In this document: one piece after another, positions 58,324 to 64,000 of the stretch
How the letters are laid out: each line of letters begins with the position of its first letter
Numbering within the stretch: the first letter of the stretch is position 1
Assembly (NCBI GenBank): GCA_040755995.1
Contig: JBFMAF010000032.1
Span: 129,306-193,305 of the forward strand
DNA from: Acidobacteriota bacterium
GTDB lineage: Bacteria; Acidobacteriota; CAIWXX01
Direction of reading: 5' to 3'
Length of the DNA: 64,000 nucleotides
Position numbers and translations under genes: made by a program
The notes under the pieces: generated by a model
Told to the model about the DNA's origin: nothing
The model's database searches: none
Seen by the model: only the letters and a program-made list of their open reading frames with translations

Positions 58324-61128
58324 ATGATGCGAGAGAGGCGTAGTCCCAAGACCCCCGAGGACCCCGCTACGACCATCTCTCGCTGGACGGAGCGAGATCT
58401 GACGGCCGCCGCGAAGGACCTGTGCCCTGCCTTTCAGGTCGACGAGATCGTCGGGCAGGTCTCGGAATTGCTGGACAGCGACTTGTGTCCGATCGTCGCG
58501 GGGCCGGCTGGAGTAGGGAAGTCGGCCGTCGTGCACGAGCTCGTTCGTCGTGCAGCGGCGGGCGAGGGCCCCATGTCGCTCCACGGCAGGCGCGTCCTAC
58601 AGATGTCACTTTCGCGTGTTCGTTCGACGCTCCGAACTCCGGATCTGTTGGGCAGGGAGATGCGCGGATTGGTGGCCGCTCTTTCGGCCGAGGACGGCAT
58701 CTGCGTGTTCTTCCGTGACATGCACCTGGCATACTGGCAGAGCATCGAGCCGCAGTTCAGTGCGCTCGCTCTGCAGTTCAGAGGGCCCATCATCTGCGAA
58801 GGGGAGGCTGGTCTCGTGGCTGCGATGTTCGAGGAGAATCCGGAGCTTGCGGAGCGCTACGTGGTTGTGGGCCTGGATGAGCCGTCGCTCGCGAAGGCGA
58901 CAGAGATGTTGCAGTCGTGGGCCGAGGAACAGGCCCGCCGCGGGCAGTTCGCGTTCACAACGGAGGCCGTGCGGGAGGGCGTTCTGTTGTCGCATCGGTT
59001 CCTCGTCCGAAGCAGGTTCCCCAGGAAGGCTATTGACCTCCTCCAGCACGTGGCACGCCTCGCAGGCGGGCGAACGGTGACGGATGCCGACGTCTTCGAA
59101 CGGTTCTGCAGGACCCACAGGATTCCACGCGACCTGGTGGACCCTGCGGTGCCTCTCGACCTGGATGCACTGAAGGACAGATTCGAGGCCCTCATACTGG
59201 GACAGAACGAGGCGGTCGAATCCGCCATACAGATGATCAGCCGCATCAAGTCGGGGCTGACGGACGTGCGCCGGCCGTTCGGCGTGTACTTGTATGCCGG
59301 GCCCACCGGCGTCGGCAAGACCCTGCTGGCCCAGTGCCTGGCCGAATACCTCTTCGGTAGTCGCGACCGGATGATCCGCCTGAACATGGCAGATTACCGT
59401 GACGAAAGGGCCTTTCATTCGCTCTTTGGCAATCCGGATGCCCACACCAACAGCCTTCGGCGAGGCCTGTTGACGCAGAGGCTGATGGGGCAGTCCCTGG
59501 CGGTGCTCCTTCTGGACGAGTTCGAAAAGGCTCACGAACGCGTCCACGACGGCTTCCTCCAGCTTTTCGACGAGGGTTCTTTCATCAACGGCGACGGAGA
59601 GGTGGTCTCCTGCCGTTCCTGTCTCATCATCGCCACGACGAATGCGGGCTCGGACGTCTACCGCCGGCAGGCGCTGGGGTTCACCAATCCCGTCGAGCTT
59701 GATGCCACGGACCGGGAGCTCGACCGCCGTCTCCACCAGGTTTTCCGATTTGAGTTCCTCAACCGGTTTGACGAGATTGTCCATTTCCATCCACTCACGC
59801 GGGAAGACATCCGGACGATTGCGCGGCGTGAGCTGTCCATGCTCGCTGAGCGCACGGGCCTCAAGCAGCGACGGCTCGCCGTCGAAGTGGACGAGTCGTT
59901 GCTCGACTGGCTGATGCTTCACGGGTACGACCCGCTATACGGAGCGCGGTTTCTGCGGCGGACGGTGGAGCGGCGGGTGGCCAGCGAGCTTGCAGAGGCG
60001 ATCGTCCGTTCGGCTCCATGCGAAGGCGCCCGCATCGTGCTCGGCGTCCAGCGCCATCGTGTGACTGCCAGAGTTGCCCAATCGCAGCAGGCCTCACCAG
60101 CTCAGAGGGAGTCAGTCATACTACCGGTCGGCACGACCGAGGTCACGCGCCGGCTTGAGAAAGCTGCCATCCTCCAGGAGGTCGGCCGTCTGATCGAAAG
60201 AGCGAGCCGGCATCTTTCGACGCTCGAGCTCAAGAGAGCCGAGCGCAGTCGATTGCTCGCTCACATCAACCAGGCCGGGTTCTGGGACAACGCGAGGGAA
60301 TCCAAGTCGGTCGTTGACCGCTACCGTGAGGTGGACCTCGAGATACAGGCGGAGCAACGTCTCGCCGACCCTGTCCAGCGACTGGTCGAGCTGCGGAGCA
60401 TCGACGCGGACAGGCAGGAGGACCTCCGCAGCCTCGCCCGCGCCTGGGAGGTGGCGGCGCGGGCAGTGGGCGAGTGGGAGAGCCGAGCGGTGGAACAGGA
60501 GTCGGCCAGCGCCATTTGGCTGCTGGTCTCGAACGCCGACCCGCTCAGAGTTGCAGGCAAGTGGGTGAGGGACGTCGCCCAGATGGAGCTCCACTGGTGT
60601 GCCAGGCTGGAGCTGGCGGCTGCGGTCGTCGGCTACGAAGCCACCGCCGACGAGTGCCATCGCGTGGCCATAGAAATAGAAGGACCGGGGGCCGAGGGCT
60701 ACCTCACAATGGAGGAGGGCATACATCGACTGCGGTGCCAGGGAGACCATGACGCGCGCGCCCGCGTCGAGATCGTCACACGCAGTCAGACGCCCCCAGA
60801 CGGGCAGTCGTCGTTTATCTCCGTGGCACGCCGCACAGGCCTCTTCGGAATCGAGATCACATGCCGTGGCCGCCTGGTGCTGCCGGAGAGGGGGCTCTCG
60901 GCCGAGTTCCTGGCAGGCAATCCGGCTACGCTCAACCATCTTCTCTGCGACCTCGACAGGGCCTGGAGAAACGCCAAAGCGGAGTCATCGCAGGTGGCCC
61001 GGGTCTACGCAGAGGCCGGCGGCGCGCGCGATCATCGGACAGGCGCATTCGTTCCGCGCCTGAAGGACGTCCTCAGAGGCAATCTGGATCGCTTCCTCGA
61101 AGCGCACCGGCGGAACCGAGCGCAGTAG
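58324..61128 (+). CDS. ClpA/ClpC-type double AAA+ ATPase fused to a C-terminal peptide-chain-release-factor (RF2/PCRF)-like module lacking GGQ
   Basis: D1 GPAGVGKS with degenerate Walker B; FPRKAIDLL; D2 GQ.EAV, GPTGVGKT, LLDEFEKAH, EFLNRFD, YGARFLRR; C-terminal GFWDN, EEGIHRL, DHRTG, VL.G.LD.F.EA. Confidence 0.88.
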   Translation: MMRERRSPKTPEDPATTISRWTERDLTAAAKDLCPAFQVDEIVGQVSELLDSDLCPIVAGPAGVGKSAVVHELVRRAAAGEGPMSLHGRRVLQMSLSRVRSTLRTPDLLGREMRGLVAALSAEDGICVFFRDMHLAYWQSIEPQFSALALQFRGPIICEGEAGLVAAMFEENPELAERYVVVGLDEPSLAKATEMLQSWAEEQARRGQFAFTTEAVREGVLLSHRFLVRSRFPRKAIDLLQHVARLAGGRTVTDADVFERFCRTHRIPRDLVDPAVPLDLDALKDRFEALILGQNEAVESAIQMISRIKSGLTDVRRPFGVYLYAGPTGVGKTLLAQCLAEYLFGSRDRMIRLNMADYRDERAFHSLFGNPDAHTNSLRRGLLTQRLMGQSLAVLLLDEFEKAHERVHDGFLQLFDEGSFINGDGEVVSCRSCLIIATTNAGSDVYRRQALGFTNPVELDATDRELDRRLHQVFRFEFLNRFDEIVHFHPLTREDIRTIARRELSMLAERTGLKQRRLAVEVDESLLDWLMLHGYDPLYGARFLRRTVERRVASELAEAIVRSAPCEGARIVLGVQRHRVTARVAQSQQASPAQRESVILPVGTTEVTRRLEKAAILQEVGRLIERASRHLSTLELKRAERSRLLAHINQAGFWDNARESKSVVDRYREVDLEIQAEQRLADPVQRLVELRSIDADRQEDLRSLARAWEVAARAVGEWESRAVEQESASAIWLLVSNADPLRVAGKWVRDVAQMELHWCARLELAAAVVGYEATADECHRVAIEIEGPGAEGYLTMEEGIHRLRCQGDHDARARVEIVTRSQTPPDGQSSFISVARRTGLFGIEITCRGRLVLPERGLSAEFLAGNPATLNHLLCDLDRAWRNAKAESSQVARVYAEAGGARDHRTGAFVPRLKDVLRGNLDRFLEAHRRNRAQ

Positions 61129-61195
61129 CGGCCCGGTCACAGGTGATGCCCGCGGCGACCACGACCTCGGAATGTCTTGATTTCGTGAAATGCAT

Positions 61196-61225
61196 GTAAT
61201 ACGCTGATGGCAGTTGGGTAATACG
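61196..61225 (+). promoter_or_regulatory. Putative RHH antitoxin operator
   Basis: GTAATACG at 61196 and 61218 (22-bp period), overlapping a TTGATT...TAATAC promoter and the GGAGG RBS. Confidence 0.55.
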
Positions 61226-61236
61226 GAGGTGCCGCG

Positions 61237-61476
61237 ATGAAAACAGTCTCATTGAAAGTCAGTGAAGATCTTGACGCACGACTTTGGCTGCTGGCAAGAC
61301 GGAGCCGGTCCACGAAATCGGCAGTATTGCGGCAGGCGATCGAGAATCATCTGGCGCGTGGCAAGCGAGCGCCGGCCGGCGTCTTCCTGGAGCTCGCACG
61401 GGATCTGGCCGGGTGCGTTGAGGGGCCTAGGGATCTGTCCACGAACAAGGGGTACATGAGGCGGTACGGCCGGTGA
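61237..61476 (+). CDS. RHH/CopG-family antitoxin
   Basis: MKTVSLKV...L...ARR...KSAVLRQAI; GP.DLSTNK.YM..YG tail. Confidence 0.85.
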   Translation: MKTVSLKVSEDLDARLWLLARRSRSTKSAVLRQAIENHLARGKRAPAGVFLELARDLAGCVEGPRDLSTNKGYMRRYGR

Positions 61477-61895
61477 AACAGGTCGTTCTGTTCGATACCG
61501 GGCCCCTGGTGGCTTTCATCAACGCTCGGGACAAGTACCACGAGTGGGCGAAGGCCCAGTTGGCGGAGATTCGGCCGCCTCTCTGGACATGCGAGGCGGT
61601 GTTGTCAGAGGCGTGTTTTCTCCTGCGGGAAACGCCGCGGGGGCCAGCCGCCGTTCTGGAGCTGCTGGAGCGCGGGCTGGTCGAGGTGCCGTTTCACATC
61701 GGAATGGACCCGCGTGCTGTCCGAAACCTCCTGGCACGCTACGCGTCAGTCCCGATGTCACTGGCGGACGCCTGCCTCGTGCGAATGTCGGAGGCTCACA
61801 CCGGCAGCACTGTGTTTACACTCGACGGCGACTTCAGGATCTACCGCCGGAGTGGCCGGCAGGTAATCCCGCTCAGAATTCCCGACGATCTTTGA
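61473..61895 (+). CDS. vapC: PIN-domain toxin (VapC-like)
   Basis: LFDTGPLVA, EAVLSEA, MSLADACLV, TLDGDF; GTGA overlap with the antitoxin. Confidence 0.88.
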   Translation: MKQVVLFDTGPLVAFINARDKYHEWAKAQLAEIRPPLWTCEAVLSEACFLLRETPRGPAAVLELLERGLVEVPFHIGMDPRAVRNLLARYASVPMSLADACLVRMSEAHTGSTVFTLDGDFRIYRRSGRQVIPLRIPDDL

Positions 61896-62086
61896 GTCCA
61901 CGCGAGGCGATGCGGGCGTCGTTTGAAGCCGAACGGCCTGTGGTGCTCGGCGCTGTAGCAGGGACCGGTCAAATCGGCTAACATCTTTGTAGCCGGGGTG
62001 GGGCAAGGAAGGGGCCTCACACTCGCTTGGCGCAGTTGGGCGCCGCTCAACTCCGGCGCTAGCGAATCGAGAAAAGGAGAGCAGGT

Positions 62087-62512
62087 ATGGACGATTCCAG
62101 GCGTCGGTTGTTGTGGCACGGGATGTTCCTGTTTCTGCTCGGCCTCATCACCGGGCTCTTTGAGGCCAAGTTCACGAATCCTCGCATGGGCCTTGCTGCT
62201 CATCTCGAAGGGGTGATGAACGGGATACTCCTCGTCGCACTCGGCGCGATCTGGGCAGAGGTCAACCTCTCCGCTACACTGAAACGGACGGCATACTGGA
62301 CTGCCCTCTATGGCACATACGTGAATTGGGCGGTGACGATCCTGGCAGCGGTGTTCGGGACTGGCGCCCTGACGCCCATTGCCGCGCCGGGCCGCTCAGC
62401 TCGACCCTGGCAGGAGGGATTGGTTACCGCGGGATTCATTAGCGTGGGGCTCGCGATAATCGCCGCCGCCGTTCTGGTCCTCTGGGGCCTGCGGCGAAAA
62501 GCCAGCTCATGA
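62087..62512 (+). CDS. 4-TM membrane protein, styrene-oxide-isomerase (StyC)-like
   Basis: HG..L.LLGL.TG, AHLEGVMNG, NW; four hydrophobic helices; AGGAG RBS. Confidence 0.6.
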   Translation: MDDSRRRLLWHGMFLFLLGLITGLFEAKFTNPRMGLAAHLEGVMNGILLVALGAIWAEVNLSATLKRTAYWTALYGTYVNWAVTILAAVFGTGALTPIAAPGRSARPWQEGLVTAGFISVGLAIIAAAVLVLWGLRRKASS

Positions 62513-62728
62513 TCGCATGCAAGGCGGCCTCGGCGTGGGGCTGATGCCCTGAGTTCAGGGGTGGACAGTGTCGATGATCACAATCCTCAAAGAACCTACT
62601 ACAGGCGTATACAAAGCCAGTCACGCCGGTTGCACTAAGTTGAGACGACCGCACCACTCGTCACGAGGCGGCCAGTGCGGTGGTATATAATCAAGGCAGG
62701 CTAGATCACTCGTGCAGGAGATAGGAGG

Positions 62729-63091
62729 ATGGGAGCAACACAGGTAACAGTAACGGTTCGCAATCCGGCAGACCCGGAGAAGGCGTGGGAGGGTCTTTTC
62801 CTGGTAGATACGGGCGCGGTCGATTCACTTGTCCCGGGCAAGGCGCTTCGAAGCATCGGGCTGGCTCCGAAAGCGAAGCGCACGTTTGAGCTCGCAGATG
62901 GGTCAGAGGTAAAGCTGGACATCACCACGGGGGATTTGGAGTTCATGGGAGAGGTCGTAGGTTCCACCCTCATCTTTGGCGGCGACGATGCCGAACCAAT
63001 CCTCGGTGTGACGGCACTTGAATCCGTCGGCATCGAGGTAGACCCCCGCAGCCAGCGGCTCAAGCGACTTCCTGCAGCACGGCTCAAGTAG
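62729..63091 (+). CDS. Clan AA (retropepsin-like) aspartic protease
   Basis: LVDTGA, ELADG, PILGVTALE; AGGAGG RBS. Confidence 0.88.
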   Translation: MGATQVTVTVRNPADPEKAWEGLFLVDTGAVDSLVPGKALRSIGLAPKAKRTFELADGSEVKLDITTGDLEFMGEVVGSTLIFGGDDAEPILGVTALESVGIEVDPRSQRLKRLPAARLK

Positions 63092-63145
63092 AGTCTCAAC
63101 GCGAAGCTGAAGACCGCACGCGTTGGGCGTCCCCCTATCCGAGCC

Positions 63146-63511
63146 ATGCGACTGCACTACGGGCTTGAGGACGCAGGCTGGGCAACGGTGACCCTCCAGT
63201 GTGAGGACCAGTTCGTCAGCATGACCGCTTCGTACTTTCGTGACTCCCTGCGGGATCTTGCCTCCGCTGCTCGTGCCCTTGTTGGCGGTGCAAGCGAAGC
63301 AAGGGTTATCTTCATGAGCGAGCCGGGCGAGCACGAGCTCATCATGCGCCAGACCTCGCTCGGCTTCCGCGCCTACCGTATCCTGTCTCCGGAAGCCTGG
63401 GGTGGCTTCGTGGCTGAGGTCACATTTGGAGGCTGGGTTGTGATCGCCCTCGCCTGGTGGCGGTCCAGCGTCTTCCACCGCTCCCTTGCAGTCGATACCG
63501 GGGCCGACTGA
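63146..63511 (+). CDS. Hypothetical protein
   Basis: 121-aa ORF (GWATV..., SYFRDSLRDLA, F..EPGE). Confidence 0.55.
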   Translation: MRLHYGLEDAGWATVTLQCEDQFVSMTASYFRDSLRDLASAARALVGGASEARVIFMSEPGEHELIMRQTSLGFRAYRILSPEAWGGFVAEVTFGGWVVIALAWWRSSVFHRSLAVDTGAD

Positions 63512-63643
63512 CCGGGCGTTCAAGCCGACACGGCGGGCGGCCTGCTTACCGAGCCTCACCGGGGAGTGCGACAGCCTTGCCAGCCAACCTACGCCCTTGA
63601 GGACACCCGATGAATGTGGTTGAATCCGATCAGGTGATTCTCA

Positions 63644-64000
63644 GTGCGATCAGTCGGCTATCGATGGGCAGCCGGAGCTGCTGCAACTACGGTGGCTGTT
63701 GGCCTGACAGGGTTCGCTCCGGCCGGAGATTCAGCGTAGCAGTACGAAGTGCTCCAGGCGATCGGGTCGCGCTGCCAGGATGGAGACGAAGACGCCTGCC
63801 GTAGCCTTGCCTTGGTCGCTCGGGATAGCGAAGAACCGGATGCCAGGTGGGACGCGGTGGAGTACTTGCGCGCTGAGCAGGTGCTGGCCCAGGTTGCGAT
63901 GGAGGAGTCTCTTCCGGGCATCCGAGAAGCGGCCTTGGCCAAGCTGTCAGGCCTCATTCTCGACACCTTCTGGCGCCGGCTAAACGGACTGCCCCTTGAA
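63644..64000 (+). pseudogene. Secreted HEAT-like repeat protein interrupted by an in-frame TAG; runs off the window
   Basis: VRSVGYRWAAGAAATTVAVGLTGFAPAGDSA*QYEVLQ...ARWDAVEYL..EQVLAQVA.....IREAALAKL; TAG at 63737-63739. Confidence 0.45.

Noticed and set aside
56548..58584. 678-aa minus-strand ORF
   Set aside because: Antisense shadow of the ACP-FAAL-acyltransferase gene.
58324..61128. Calling the gene clpB, clpA or prfB
   Set aside because: It lacks the N- and M-domains, an intact D1 Walker B and GYVG, and the RF part lacks SPF and GGQ. Neither symbol fits.

Overview
GC-rich, gene-dense bacterial chromosomal window. The lineage is inferred only: the gene repertoire resembles Acidobacteriota or myxobacteria. 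I saw no rRNA, tRNA, CRISPR array or intact transposase/integrase. Left to right it holds: a MepA-like peptidase fragment, immunity-like genes and a PIN toxin-antitoxin (TA) pair; a 2020-aa alpha-2-macroglobulin; radical SAM, membrane and SGNH genes; a Tat aldo/keto reductase; a sulfation/PAPS locus; a VapBC pair; a type III PKS/ICMT/ACP/FAAL/FAD-oxidoreductase phenolic-lipid cluster; a divergent fold-III PLP decarboxylase; an ATP-grasp + zinc peptidase pair; a frameshifted Ser/Thr kinase-TPR with an ECF sigma factor; a Fur-boxed beta-barrel + monoheme cytochrome c operon; a HAMP-PP2C phosphatase; an ACP-FAAL-acyltransferase fusion; a Clp-type AAA+ fusion; a third PIN TA pair; and small accessory genes. 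The sulfation locus contains a sulfatase-TPR protein with degenerate catalytic motifs, two alkaline-phosphatase-superfamily enzymes, CysC, a sulfotransferase, CysQ, two tiny ribbon-helix-helix (RHH) proteins with an 'RLKGLGY' tail, and a DUF106/EMC3-like membrane protein. The best candidates for undescribed biology are (1) the ClpA/C-type AAA+ ATPase fused to a release-factor-2-like module lacking GGQ (58324-61128), a possible ribosome-associated quality-control machine; (2) the sulfation locus with its Oxa1-superfamily-like protein and LGY-tail microproteins; and (3) the Fur-regulated porin + cytochrome pair. All family calls come from motif recognition by eye; no database searches were run.
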